NCBI GenBank assembly: GCA_027923505.1
Contig: BROI01000001.1
Location: 1,426,001-1,490,000, forward strand
Direction: 5' to 3'
Length of the DNA stretch: 64,000 nt
Source: Mayamaea pseudoterrestris
Taxonomy: Eukaryota
The translations under genes were made by a program, and so were the position numbers. Shown one piece after another: positions 44,764-56,100 of this stretch (the stretch's first letter is position 1; every line of letters begins with the position of its first letter). A model generated the notes under the pieces. The model was not told where the DNA came from. It saw only the letters and a program-made list of their open reading frames with translations, and made no database searches.

Positions 44764-46130
44764 TGGAAGTGATGGCAATCTACAATTTCGCAAGTCATTC
44801 CACCGAAAAATAGTGCAGATTCTAATTATTAACTTTGGAAATGATTTTGCGGAAAGCGATTTGTACGTAATGCTATGCTCGAAAAGTACTAGAGTGTAGC
44901 TCCCGCCGCAGCCTCGTTTCGTTTCGAGCAATGTGAGACGATAGGAGTACCGTTACGACGTCGTAGATCAACCGCGCCGTCGCGCCATTTCTTTCGACGG
45001 TTGCCCCTCGTTGACAAGCCAAGAGATCCATGTGCCCTTGTACTTGGACACCTTGCTCTCATCTCCGTATAAGAAACAGTCTGAACATTCAATCAACGTA
45101 ACAAGGTGCTGGAGCAAGGCGGCAGTGGAGATGCGCAGCAGCACGAGGAGGAGGAATTTGGCGACAATTACAACAGCGCCGATCCAGCCTTTGACGACGA
45201 TGAAGACATGGACGGTGAAGTGAGTCGCCATGAGCATGAGCATCACGAGGAGCATGGAGAGCAACACGAGCATCATGAAGGTCATCATGACGAGCATGAC
45301 CAGCAGCATGACAAAGGGCACTTTGATCATGATGAAGACGGCCAGCACCACGAGGACCATCATGCGCATCATGAGCACGTAAACAACCATGAGCAGCATC
45401 ACGACAATCACCATGCCGATCCTTACGAGCAGCATCATGCCGAGCATCGTCACGATCATTACCACGAAGCCAATCATGAGCACGAACAAATGCATAATGA
45501 AGGGCATCACGAAGAACATCATGAGCACAGCGGCGAACAACATCATTATGAGCACGAGCTTATGCATCATACAGAGCATGATCAGCATGAGCATGGTGGC
45601 GAGCAGCATCATGACGAGAGCTAGCATGACGAAGCGACGGAGCGCCGCTTGACGGAAATTGTCATGGGGGCAAAGGCTGCCAGCAGCCATTCTCGACAAG
45701 CTGATGTTAGACGTGGAAATGGTGCAATGGAGGAGCCTGCAGTGATGAATGGAGGACTACGAGGAAAATGACCAAAAGTGGTGGCAATCTACAGTTTTCG
45801 CAAGTTGTTTCACCGAAAGGTAGTACAGATTGTAATAATTAACTGTACATAAATGACTTTTGCGGAAAACGACTTTTTATGTAACGCTATGCTCAAATTG
45901 TAAGAGCGTGTAAATGGTCAATGGTCCCGCCGCAGCCTATCTTTTCGTTTCGCTCGATGTACAGTACCGCTACGACGTGTGAGACCGACCGCGCCGTCGC
46001 GCCATTTCTTTCGACGGCGGTTGCGCCTCGACGACAAGCCAAGAGATTCCTGTGCCCTTGTAACAGTTGATGCTCCATTCACTCTTACCATACAATATAC
46101 GGTCCGGACATTCAAGTAACGTAATAAGGT
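44030..46130. repeat. Tandem duplication of about 1.05 kb (approx. 44030-45107 and 45108-46130)
   Basis: Both units start with the QQHEEEEFGDNYNSADPAFDDD coding sequence and end ...acattcaa...aacgtaa[c/t]aaggt. Confidence 0.88.
45108..45770 (+). pseudogene. 5'-truncated copy of the His-rich gene with an in-frame TAG
   Basis: Lacks the ATG and TM segment. A TAG at 45622-45624 sits where copy 1 has CAA; the frame then continues ERRL...GGLRGK-TGA. Confidence 0.7.
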
Positions 46131-46295
46131 ATTACGTAAATCAGCTTGCTTCTGCGCTGCTGTCATAAAAGGGACTGACAGCAGCTGCACAGCTGCACTG
46201 CATTGCTCCTGGCTGTCAGCACTGCACAACCTACACAGCTCCTGCACGAAAGGACGACAACCATCACAGCTACACCAACATCAATATATAGACAA

Positions 46296-48326
46296 ATGCT
46301 CAAATCCAGCAATAATAATATCATTGTCGCAAGCAGCGGCAGCAGCAACAATGGGCCTTCCCTGACGCGTCGGCGGGGCGTGCGCAGCAAACGAAAACTT
46401 TCCTGGTCGCAAAAGTGTCGCCACTTGCTGTCACAACGTCCATTGGCACTGCTACTTTGCTTCGCTGCGACACTATTCACGTTGAGCGTTACGGTCTGGC
46501 TACTATTTGCGTCTTCATCATCATCATCACTATCAACCCGCTCCGCTGGCGTCCACGAGGCCGCATCCGTTGCCTACGTTGCCACGAAGCATCGCATCGA
46601 CCAGGCGGCGGCGCGGCTGCCGGGTGTTCCGCATTTGCTGCGCGGCAACGTTCCAAACGTTCCCGTGCCGACGAAAGTAGCTGCTGCTGTGAAGCGTGAT
46701 GCAACTGCAGCAGCTGCAGGAGGAGGTGGAGGAGGAGGTGAAGCAGCTGCTGGCAAGGAGAACGACAACAAGCCACCATATCCATACTCCCTGTCACTAC
46801 CTCCCATTGACTACGACATTTCCCGCGACTTTGTCGTCTTGGGCGGCAGTCGCTACACGGAATACACGAGCGGCACCTCTCCCTACTCCTACGACGCCAC
46901 TACATTGCAGCAGTCGGACGCACTGGCGCGTGTACGCCGCTCCCACGTGAAAACCGCCATGGTTCGTTCGTGGAAGGCTTACACGCAATTCGCCTACGGC
47001 ATGGACGAGCTGCTGCCGTGGAGTCATTCGGGCAACAACAACTGGGGCGGCGGCTTGGGGTTGCTGCTGGTAGATTCGCTCGATACGCTGTGGTTGATGG
47101 ATTTAAAGGACGAGTTTTATCAAGCGCGCGACTGGGTGCGGGATCACTGGGATCCAGACATTGTCATGCAGAGTGTCAGTGTGTTTGAAACTACCATTCG
47201 CGATTTGGGAGGTTTGCTGGCGGCGTATGACTGGAGTGGCGACCAAGTGTTTTTAGATAAAGCGGAGGAACTGGGAAAGCGACTGCTCAAGTGTTTCGAT
47301 GGCAGCTCCACGGGCATTCCGTTCGGCATGGTCAATCTAAAGACGGGTACGCACGCCAATCTGGGCTGGACGGGTGGGTCGGCGCTGGTTGCCGAAGCTG
47401 GGACGCTCCAAGTCGAGTTTCGATACTTGGCGCACGCGACGGGCAAACCAGAGTATGCGACGCAAGTGGAACAAGCGTTTCAAATTTTAAAGGACATTGC
47501 GCCAGAAGATGGTTTATATCCATATGCCATTGACAATACGGCAAAGGACGGAAAAGCCAAGTTCACCAACGACAAGGTCACCTTTGGTGCCATGGGCGAC
47601 AGCTTCTACGAGTACATGCTCAAAATTTGGATCCAGGGCGGCCGCGTGGAACCAATGTATCGCGACATGTACGACTTGGCGATTGACTCCATGCACAAGC
47701 AACTCTTGCAGTATTCGACGCCATCCAACTTGGCATATATTGCCGATCGCAACTACGGCAAGCTCGATCACAAGATGGATCACTTGGTGTGCTTCATGGG
47801 GGGCGCCCTCGCGCTGGGCGCCTACTTGGATCCACGCGGAATCGAGTCGGAGCGCGCCCAGCGAGACTTGACGACGGCCAAGGCGCTCACGTATACCTGC
47901 TACCAAATGTACGCGCGCATGAACACTGGCATTGCGCCGGAATATGTTCAGTTCTACGAGCACAAGGACTTTCAGATTGGACGAGGCGCGCCACACTACT
48001 TGCTGCGACCGGAAGCAGTCGAAAGCTTGTTCATTTTGAATCAATTGACGGGTGATCCCATTTACCGCGAGTGGGGCTGGGAAATGTTTCAAGCCATTGA
48101 AAAGTACTGCCGGACGGATGTTGCGTATGGCGCACTGAGCAACGTGCAGGACGTCAACGGCCGACCCCGCGATAACATGGAAAGCTTCTTTCTGGCGGAA
48201 ACGCTAAAATACTTTTACTTATTGTTTGATCCCGACACGGAGGTGGACGTGCTACACAAACACGTGTTCAACACGGAGGCACATCCCTTGCGAATATTTC
48301 CGGTGTACGATCAACGGCAAGCATAG
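46296..48326 (+). CDS. MNS1: GH47 class I alpha-1,2-mannosidase (type II membrane protein)
   Basis: DSLDTLWLM, SVFETTIR.LGGLL, AEAGTLQVEF, GDSFYEY.LK, MDHLVCF.GG, LRPEAVES, MESFFLAETLKY and FNTEAHP. Confidence 0.95.
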   Translation: MLKSSNNNIIVASSGSSNNGPSLTRRRGVRSKRKLSWSQKCRHLLSQRPLALLLCFAATLFTLSVTVWLLFASSSSSSLSTRSAGVHEAASVAYVATKHRIDQAAARLPGVPHLLRGNVPNVPVPTKVAAAVKRDATAAAAGGGGGGGEAAAGKENDNKPPYPYSLSLPPIDYDISRDFVVLGGSRYTEYTSGTSPYSYDATTLQQSDALARVRRSHVKTAMVRSWKAYTQFAYGMDELLPWSHSGNNNWGGGLGLLLVDSLDTLWLMDLKDEFYQARDWVRDHWDPDIVMQSVSVFETTIRDLGGLLAAYDWSGDQVFLDKAEELGKRLLKCFDGSSTGIPFGMVNLKTGTHANLGWTGGSALVAEAGTLQVEFRYLAHATGKPEYATQVEQAFQILKDIAPEDGLYPYAIDNTAKDGKAKFTNDKVTFGAMGDSFYEYMLKIWIQGGRVEPMYRDMYDLAIDSMHKQLLQYSTPSNLAYIADRNYGKLDHKMDHLVCFMGGALALGAYLDPRGIESERAQRDLTTAKALTYTCYQMYARMNTGIAPEYVQFYEHKDFQIGRGAPHYLLRPEAVESLFILNQLTGDPIYREWGWEMFQAIEKYCRTDVAYGALSNVQDVNGRPRDNMESFFLAETLKYFYLLFDPDTEVDVLHKHVFNTEAHPLRIFPVYDQRQA

Positions 48327-48441
48327 AATCAAGTTGCTTATGTTATGCTGCAACGTTTTTTACATGAAGTTTGTAGTATGCTGCTATGTTATGCGTGAGA
48401 AGAAGCCTTCGACTTCCCTACTTATTCTGTTACTTTCACTC

Positions 48442-49272
48442 TCACAAGTTATCATGATGATAATTCGCCATTTCCGGCTTGATTTTGAGCAAGTAACACA
48501 CTGTATCGACGTTTTCGTGACACAGCAAGCGCGGCCACAGACGGGGCGGCAACTCGTCACGGAGCAACTGGCGGCGGCCCCGCAGATTGGCGCGACAGAC
48601 GACACGAATGTTTGCCACGAGTGCTCGTGGTACTCGGTCATTCTGCTCCAGCAATAACGTCGTGAGTGAATAGTTGCAATCCTCCAAAGCGTGCAGCAGT
48701 GCGGAAGCACCAGTTGCCGTCATCAGTGGATTGCTCGACAAGTCGAGTGTTTGCAGCGTCTGATTGGATTGCAGCGCTTGCGCCAGCGCCAAACAACCGG
48801 AATCGTCAATCCTGTTGGAGCGCAAGTGCAGCGCGTTCAAGCGCGTGTTGCAGGAGAGTCCGCGCGCCAGCGCCGCAATGGCATTTGACTGTATCTCATT
48901 GTGATCCAAGTGCAGTGTCACGAGGCCGCTGCTGCAACAAGCTAACACTGGTTCCAGTGTTGCAACATGTTCGTCGAGTCGATTATAGGATAAATGAAGC
49001 ACCTGCAAGTGTGTTTGACGCAGCAATCCCTCGAGCGCAAACGTCTTGAACGCATCAGCAGTCGTTGCGGCATTGGCAAAGCTGCTCGTCAGATTCAGCG
49101 TTTGTAGCGTTGCATTCGTTTGGAGCGACGAAGCAAGTCGTTTGGATGACGCCTCATCGAGTCTTCGCACGTTGAGGCACAGATTGGTGAGCGTCGGGTC
49201 GTTGGCGGCCAGACGCTCGCAGTGCTCCTGCAGCCAATGTGGAACTGTTTCATTGTTTTCGTCGCTGCTCAT
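48442..49272 (-). CDS. RNI-like leucine-rich repeat protein
   Basis: Repeats LxxLxLxxNxIxxxGxxxLAxAL; NDPTLT.L N-terminus. Confidence 0.88.
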   Translation of the reverse strand: MSSDENNETVPHWLQEHCERLAANDPTLTNLCLNVRRLDEASSKRLASSLQTNATLQTLNLTSSFANAATTADAFKTFALEGLLRQTHLQVLHLSYNRLDEHVATLEPVLACCSSGLVTLHLDHNEIQSNAIAALARGLSCNTRLNALHLRSNRIDDSGCLALAQALQSNQTLQTLDLSSNPLMTATGASALLHALEDCNYSLTTLLLEQNDRVPRALVANIRVVCRANLRGRRQLLRDELPPRLWPRLLCHENVDTVCYLLKIKPEMANYHHDNL

Positions 49273-49718
49273 GATGCTGTTCGTCTTGATGCTCCTTGTC
49301 TACTTGTGGTCATGTATGTCTTGTCCATTCAAAATGTTCCGTCGTGTTGATTGGCATCAGCGAGCGTCCGATTTTTGAAAACGTCATCATGTCGCATCAT
49401 CACTGAAGTGGGTTCTCATTGTCTCTCCTCTGCGACTGACGTTTTCGATGGAACATGCCTGCCGACGGATCTTTTTATGCATCACCATGGCAGCAATCAA
49501 ATTGGACCAAGCGCGCTAGCGACTAACAGCCAGTTTTAAAGGACATCAAGAAAGTAGTTACGAGGGAAGAAATTTTAGCTGACCCTTGAAAGTTTTGAGA
49601 AAACTGCAGCAGAACGCCAACCGCCGCCAACACTTGACACGAGGCTCATTCAAGGCCGATCAGATCCGATTCACTGTCAATTTGACAGTCGCAACGACAA
49701 AATAATATCATTGCCAAG

Positions 49719-50528
49719 ATGCTGCCACCATTATCGAGTCGAAGATGCTTCTCCTCCATTCGAATTGTCAGTCATCGAGTAAAACTACTACCACAAGAAC
49801 GTTTACCAACGAAACAGCTAAATCGCAAATGCAACAAAATCACTAGCAGCAATAACGCTAGTATGAAGACAATGATTTCATTACAATCCCGCCGCCACTT
49901 TGCCAACATGCCAGTCCCCCAAAGCTCGCGCGCGAGACTCTTCCAAGGCCACGCCACTCGCGAAGGATGGGAAGCGACCATATACGCTTGGTACACTTGC
50001 TCGTTGGTGCTGCTCGCGGCCATACTCAATTACGCGCCACCAACAGAGATTGAAGCGTGGGCGCGCGAGGAAGCCATGTTGCGATTGGAATCCGGCAGGC
50101 CGATTACATTTGGTGAGCATCTATCGATGCGACAGCAAACGTCTCATAACGATAAGAATGCTGCTGCTGGCACTGAAATTGACGACTCACTCAAGCTTTG
50201 GGACAAGTTTGCGCATCGGGCGGTACAAATGGACAAGGACGATGACGACGACGATGACAATGACGAACAAGATAAAGATGATGATGTACAAGAGAAAGTT
50301 GAAAATGACGAGGAACAGTTGAAGCTGGTGACTGACGAAAATGAAAGACATGTTCCAGTCATGGTCGGGCAGGAGGAGGACGACGACGAACCAAAGCCAC
50401 CGCATCAGAGACCGGGTCTGTGGCGACGCATATCCAATCTATTCTCCGCCCTGCCGGGAGTGCAGGACGACCAGTCGGAAACGGATGAAAACAATGAAGA
50501 AGATGACGAAGATGAGGAGGAATGGTGA
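49719..50528 (+). CDS. NDUFB11: Complex I ESSS subunit (NDUFB11-like) with acidic tail
   Basis: Arg-rich presequence, then LF.G...EGWE, one TM segment and P.T.I..WAREEA..RL. Confidence 0.75.
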   Translation: MLPPLSSRRCFSSIRIVSHRVKLLPQERLPTKQLNRKCNKITSSNNASMKTMISLQSRRHFANMPVPQSSRARLFQGHATREGWEATIYAWYTCSLVLLAAILNYAPPTEIEAWAREEAMLRLESGRPITFGEHLSMRQQTSHNDKNAAAGTEIDDSLKLWDKFAHRAVQMDKDDDDDDDNDEQDKDDDVQEKVENDEEQLKLVTDENERHVPVMVGQEEDDDEPKPPHQRPGLWRRISNLFSALPGVQDDQSETDENNEEDDEDEEEW

Positions 50529-50626
50529 AAATTGTACCGTCATGTGTATGCACTCACTAGCGACAATTTTTCTATTTGACTCGCCAAACCACGACGATAC
50601 ACTTGTAGCTCTAGTTTGTTTAACAT

Positions 50627-51622
50627 TTAATCATCCTGCTCGTTGGCTTTATCATTGCTGTCTGCTTCATTCACTTCTGCATCAACGTCCGCATTGCCCG
50701 GCAACGTTTGCTCCGGCCCCAGACTCGCCACGACGGTTGCCTGGCGCATGACGTTACCGTCAATCTCCATGCCGAACTGCTCGACGCGCAGCACCGTTTG
50801 CTGGGGTGCGGATTCCGAATGCTCCGTCGCAATCACATTCATGCGGTATTCATCCACCACGTCGCCTACTTGCGGTTCGTAGTGAGTGACACCCATGTCC
50901 GTCAGCGCCGCCTTCATGGTACCGGGCAGGGCGCTGTAATTTCTTCCAAACTTGTCCGACGAGTATTTCGCGCCCAACTCCTCGAGGCGGTCCAACACGG
51001 GGAGAAACTGCGACAGCACATTGGCCGTGGCGGCGGAGCGACTGGAGGAGTTGAGTTTCTGTGTATGAAAAAAGAATATGAGAGTTTATTAGAAAGGGGA
51101 GGCATCAACGTATGTCGCCATGCAGCTTCAACATATACACACAATTTCACGTACACTTCTGTTTCGTCGCATGGTTTCCATTTCCGCCACCTTGCGCGCG
51201 TAGCCCTCCTTGGAGAATTCGTCGGCTTGGTCCGACACCAGCATGACTTGGCGACGAGTCTCCTTGTTGCGTTGTTCCAATACAGCGATTTCCTCCTTCA
51301 TGGCAATCAACTCAGAGTCTTCTTCGTCTTGCTCTTGGTCTTGGTCGTTGGATGTGATTTCGGTAACGTCTTCATCGTCGGCAGCAGCCTCCACGTCCGA
51401 TGCAACGTCATGCTCCGTCTCCGCCGCTTGGCTTTCGTCGGCGGCAGAACGCATCACGATTCTTCTACACGCATGTCTGGATGTCAATGGTGCCAACGGA
51501 CTGCAGCTCGTCCCTCTGGAGCATGATGTTGCCGATGATCGTTGTTGCAGTACAAAGGCAGCCGTCGATGAGGCGCTCAGCAGCAGTAACAGTAAGACGG
51601 ATCGAAAGCTTTGATTCATCAT
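50627..51622 (-). CDS. grpE: GrpE nucleotide exchange factor, plastid-targeted; exons 51622-51155, 51058-50627
   Basis: Signal peptide plus TAA-F; Y.RK.AEME..RR, FLPVLD.LE, VL.V...G.....V.R.A.V; in-frame intron 51059-51154. Confidence 0.88.
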
Positions 51623-51966
51623 GATGGTTGGTAAGTAGACAAATTGCTGTCTTCTAATAAATGAGCTTGACAATAGCAGGCTCTGATCCAAACGACGCGA
51701 CTAACGATTTCTGTCGCAACATGGTGATGGAATCGCGCGGCGCGGCGCGCCACGTGGCCGACGGACAGGCGGCGTGACACAACCGCTGCGACACGTAGCT
51801 GCATCCATTCGTTACGCAGCAGCAGCGACTTGTTCCAACATGGCATGTTCGACTGCTTGCATTTGCATCTTGATCCCGCTGCAACTCTCGTTGAGCTAGA
51901 ACTACTGCTGCATCCAAATCGTATTGATCGTATTTAGCATTCACTGTTGATCATCTCGATCTAATA

Positions 51967-52626
51967 ATGTCATCACAATCATCACTCGTATCGCGCGCTC
52001 CCGACGTTCGCAACTTGAATTGGGTGCAGGACAATGTGGGAGCCAAGCTCTTGTCGAAAATGGGATGGAAGCAGGGGCAGGCCGTTGGGCGAAGGAGTCG
52101 AGTAAATGTTAGTGAGGAAATACCTGATGCTGCTACTACTACAACGAGTGGCATTAGTGAGGAATCAGAGCAGCATCACGAATCGATCAGCAGTGAAGGT
52201 TTGCGCGTCGTCAAGCGGCAGGACGGCTTGGGCTTGGGAGCGTCGCATATTTTGCATACGGAAACGACTCACACCAAGGATTTTGCGCAGCTACTGGAGC
52301 ACTTGAATCAGCAACAATCATCATTATCAACAACAAAGAATAACAGTAGTAGCAGCAAACGCAAGCGAGACAAGACGCTTCACTTGCCGACCAACAAGTC
52401 GACGCATCACAAGGTGCGGCAGGCCAAGTTTCGCACCAAGACGACGGACGATATGAAGTGCATTTTTGCCGGTGCTGTAGACTACTCCGTCTTTGCGGCG
52501 GCGACAACAGAATCAACTGTAGATGGCAGTAGTCAAACGAAGAAGTCAAGCAAAAAGTCCAGCAAGAAGAGCAAAGACAGGTCTAGCAACAAGGCGAAAA
52601 AGTCTATTGATTCTGATGTAATATAA
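51967..52626 (+). CDS. G-patch domain protein (PINX1/Pxr1-like)
   Basis: W..DNVGAKLLSKMGW..G.....GLG, F..LL..LN, K...DMKCIF and a Lys-rich tail. Confidence 0.8.
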   Translation: MSSQSSLVSRAPDVRNLNWVQDNVGAKLLSKMGWKQGQAVGRRSRVNVSEEIPDAATTTTSGISEESEQHHESISSEGLRVVKRQDGLGLGASHILHTETTHTKDFAQLLEHLNQQQSSLSTTKNNSSSSKRKRDKTLHLPTNKSTHHKVRQAKFRTKTTDDMKCIFAGAVDYSVFAAATTESTVDGSSQTKKSSKKSSKKSKDRSSNKAKKSIDSDVI

Positions 52627-52757
52627 AACATTCAAAACATGCACAAGTAATAGTTATCCAAGTAGCATGACCGTACGTATCATTCAGACAAACCCCCATC
52701 GTATGTTTGTTCCAACATTAAAGTTGTCTATTGCTTTCCACCGCCAACTCTTCTCAC

Positions 52758-53923
52758 TCACTCATCCGGAAAGTACGGCACACGCGCCATGACGTAAATG
52801 GTGCCCCGGCCTCCTTGCAGCACCCGAATCGTTTCGTCCAGGTACAAGACATCCACATACATTAATTCCTCGTTGTAATCGGGCGGCATTTGGAAGGACA
52901 GTTTGCCATCCGCCTCCAACCTGAGTTGCTGCTGTGGCGACTGGCGTTGCTGCTGGCGCTCCGGATACAAGACGGACGACATGGTGCGCTCCAAAATATG
53001 TCGCCAGGTTTGCTGGTCGCGATCATCGTCGCTCACTTCGAACGAGCCGTGCGAAAACCACGCCAGCAAGCGGTTCTTTTGCTCGGGGTGCGCCACCAGG
53101 TAGCCGCGAATGGAAAGGAGGGCCCGCATGGGACGTAGCACGAGGCGGTTCGGTGAGTGAACCAAGCTGACGCAGCCTTGTGGCAAGCTCAAGCCAGGAA
53201 TGATTGTAACTGCGGATACAATGCTGGAAAAAGAAGGGAAAGAATTATTGACGGGTTAGGCAAGGTAGCGCGTTCAAGCATGCATGCCGCTTGCACTTTT
53301 TGCACTCACTCGGACGACCGGAGAATACACTTTTTGGCCGACACTAGTGCCTTTAGCTTGTCAGGCACTCCACCACTGTCCATCAAACTCAACCGATCCT
53401 TGGTATGTACGTAGTGCACCGGATTGAAGGTTCCGTCAATGCAGCAAATCAAATCGGACGGCACCATGTTCATTGCCATGTGCCCAAAACTATACAAATA
53501 GCCACCACTACCATTATATCGCCCCAAATTCCCCGGATAGTTTGGCTTGCTCAGCGTCAGCCACATTCCTTCCAGCTTCTTTTCATTGTCAGAATGCGCG
53601 CGAACCCTGGCGTCAAAGCTGGTTGGATCGTACAAATGCCGCATTTGGCCGAGCAGTTCCATGAATCGAGGACTCTGCACGTCGCCTCCCGTCATGGCCA
53701 ACTCCCTGACAAAGTCCGACTTGATCTTGTACAGCAAGGCGCGTGTGCCATAGTTGGTCAAGGTGCTGCGACGAGGCGGTCCAGTCGTGAGATAGTTGAA
53801 CGTGTAGTCATACTCCAAATCCGTCGGATCGTCTGGCATTTTCGTATGGCTCGCGGCCAAGTGAAAGGCATCGCGGCGATGTCGACGCCTAGTGCGTTCG
53901 GCTTGGTCAATGGTCTCGCTCAT
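52758..53923 (-). CDS. Hypothetical protein with a PAP/fibrillin-like C-terminal motif; exons 53923-53310, 53223-52758
   Basis: LEGMWLTLSKP.Y...LG and C-terminal YVDVLYLDETIRV..G.RGTIYV. Intron 53224-53309 restores the frame (RSSDIVSAV). Confidence 0.7.
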
Positions 53924-55512
53924 TAATGCGGGGGGAGATGCTTCGTTTGATGTGTTTGTGCTTGGTCAGTGTGCGTTTCTGGGCTTCGCTTGACGTTTCT
54001 CGTTCGCAAAAGGTGCAAGTTGGATCGCGAGATTCGCAAGATTGAAAAGAACGTCATTAATTCTCAGCTTTCACTGTCAGCTATTTCGTTTTGAATTTCG
54101 TATTGAGCTTAATTTTTCCAGCCTAAAATGCCGGTAGTACCCGACCAGTACGGTGTATATACATAGCTTCCCAAGCGGCCCGACTATATGTTGTATGAAC
54201 CAAAAATTCATTTACGTTGAACGTGACGAGCTGCTAGAGCTGACGAGACGCTCGGCAAGACCGACAGCGCCTACCAGTAGGAATATTGCGGTATTGCATT
54301 GTTCCACAAAATGTACCGATTCTAACTGTCAACAATGGACGGTCACTGGTGGTCTCATTGGCTTGAACTGCAATCGTTTGAACCAATGCATCACAAGATA
54401 GTACAGGTACAAATTTCCTTTGCGCAAGCTCTGGGCTTCAGCATTTCAGAATATAATTGCATGAACGAAAAATGATGCTATCGATAATGGCAAGCTTAAT
54501 GCCGCGGCTGGCACTACAGTACATGCAAAGAAGATGCGGCTGCAGGTAGCTGGTGGCAGGCTAAAAGATTTCTTAGTTACATTCTTGACCGTGTTGGACT
54601 CTGCACAGTCGTCGCGATTGATCACGATTATAACCGCCACATGCCACACGCCATCTCAACACTGACGATGGAGAGCCTATGCCATAACAATATACAAAGT
54701 TAAAGTACCTTCTGTGGTCTGCGTCTATTAAAGGGTCCGCCTAGCGCATCGCCATTCAGCATGCCATACCCAGATCCAGATACCGGTATACCGGTAGATG
54801 ATACAGAAGCTAGACTTCGTCTTTGAAACAATGGATAATGTAGGCAGTACGCAGTACAACAAAACTTGTTATCGTTATTGATTTATTCTCTTGCCGCGAG
54901 CGTCGGTGCTGCATTCCAATATCAAAATGTACACTGAGCGTAGAAGTTGTGAAACGTGTGAGTGCGTACTTCGAGCGTGGCTCAAGCCTCTACCTCCAGG
55001 CTGTTGATCCACGATCAACTATTGCAAAGGTGGTAAAGACTCCGCCCGCGGCTCTTATGTTTATATTCTCCGGAAGCACAACTTTTAAACTTGCTCTGGC
55101 GTCCTCAATGAGCATACAAGGCAACGCGTCTTGGCTGTAAGACCGTCGACTGCGCAACTTTGCATACCGTATCGAAAATGACTCATTAGGCTGCATACAG
55201 CTTTATTTTACGATCACAATGGCGTCAGCACGCCTTCACACGGAACATTTGACATGGATCGGAATAATAATAGAATGTCATAACGAACCACGTCGTCCAT
55301 CAGGCCATTCTAACCAATCACTGATACATTGGAGTAACAGCCGATGGGTAAGGCTGCCCGCGAATCGTCATCAGCCAACGCCAGTATTTTCCCATCGTTC
55401 AATGTTCCATTGACCGTCATACATCGCGCGAAGATAATTCGGAGCCACTCGTTGCAAGAGTTCGATGTCACTTCATTTTGCCAATCAACAACACACCAAC
55501 AACCATTTTACC

Positions 55513-56100
55513 ATGGCTTCCTCTCCAAGAGCTCCATCAAGGTCTCAATCTATGAATGCAAGCGAGACACGGTTGTCCCGGAATGTATCATCTCGGCGAC
55601 TGAGTCATTCGCAATGGCTGAGAGGCGGCAAGGTTTGCCTCGACGTTCGCCGTCTCGAAGAATTGATCTGCATCGACTTGCCGAGAATGACCCGGCACGC
55701 AAGTCCCAAATCTTTTGCTGGGCTCTCGGATCGATATGAAGCATCTTCATCGCGTGATGATAGCGGGAATTGTTCTCTGTCTTCGTCCATGGGCGCTTCC
55801 ATTACATCCGAATTGGATTATGCAGCGCATCATTTGATGCAAGTTGTCAATGACTCCAAAAATGCCAATCGCATTCCTCCTCCTCTACTCTCCGAGATTC
55901 ATTCTTTTTGTGGTTTAATTCATGACATGAACCGCGATCCTCATTCGGCCATGCAGTCGCATCTACGAGCCGTGTGGCTGGCTCGAAAGCAAACTAACTG
56001 CAACCAGGAGCAAGTAAAGGCTTCCGCAAACAGGCTCGAGGTGCTATGCAAAGCGGAAAAGGTGCAGATTAAGAACAAGGCAAAGCAATCGCAGCAATAG
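55513..56100 (+). CDS. Hypothetical protein, paralog A
   Basis: Strong protein-level similarity to 56663-57214, with many synonymous differences. Confidence 0.75.
   Translation: MASSPRAPSRSQSMNASETRLSRNVSSRRLSHSQWLRGGKVCLDVRRLEELICIDLPRMTRHASPKSFAGLSDRYEASSSRDDSGNCSLSSSMGASITSELDYAAHHLMQVVNDSKNANRIPPPLLSEIHSFCGLIHDMNRDPHSAMQSHLRAVWLARKQTNCNQEQVKASANRLEVLCKAEKVQIKNKAKQSQQ

Noticed and set aside
43681..45699. Long hydrophobic Met/Leu/Val-rich minus-strand ORFs (342 aa and 243 aa)
   Set aside because: They are antisense shadows of CAT/CAC/GAG-rich His-protein codons, not real membrane proteins.
861..48326. Apparent Golgi/glycosylation gene cluster (HID1, clathrin-like, FKGP, GH47)
   Set aside because: The genes are far apart and interspersed with unrelated housekeeping genes; there is no evidence of a functional cluster.
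53930..55500. Short ORFs in the long intergenic region
   Set aside because: No recognisable motifs or paralogy; treated as non-coding divergent promoter DNA.
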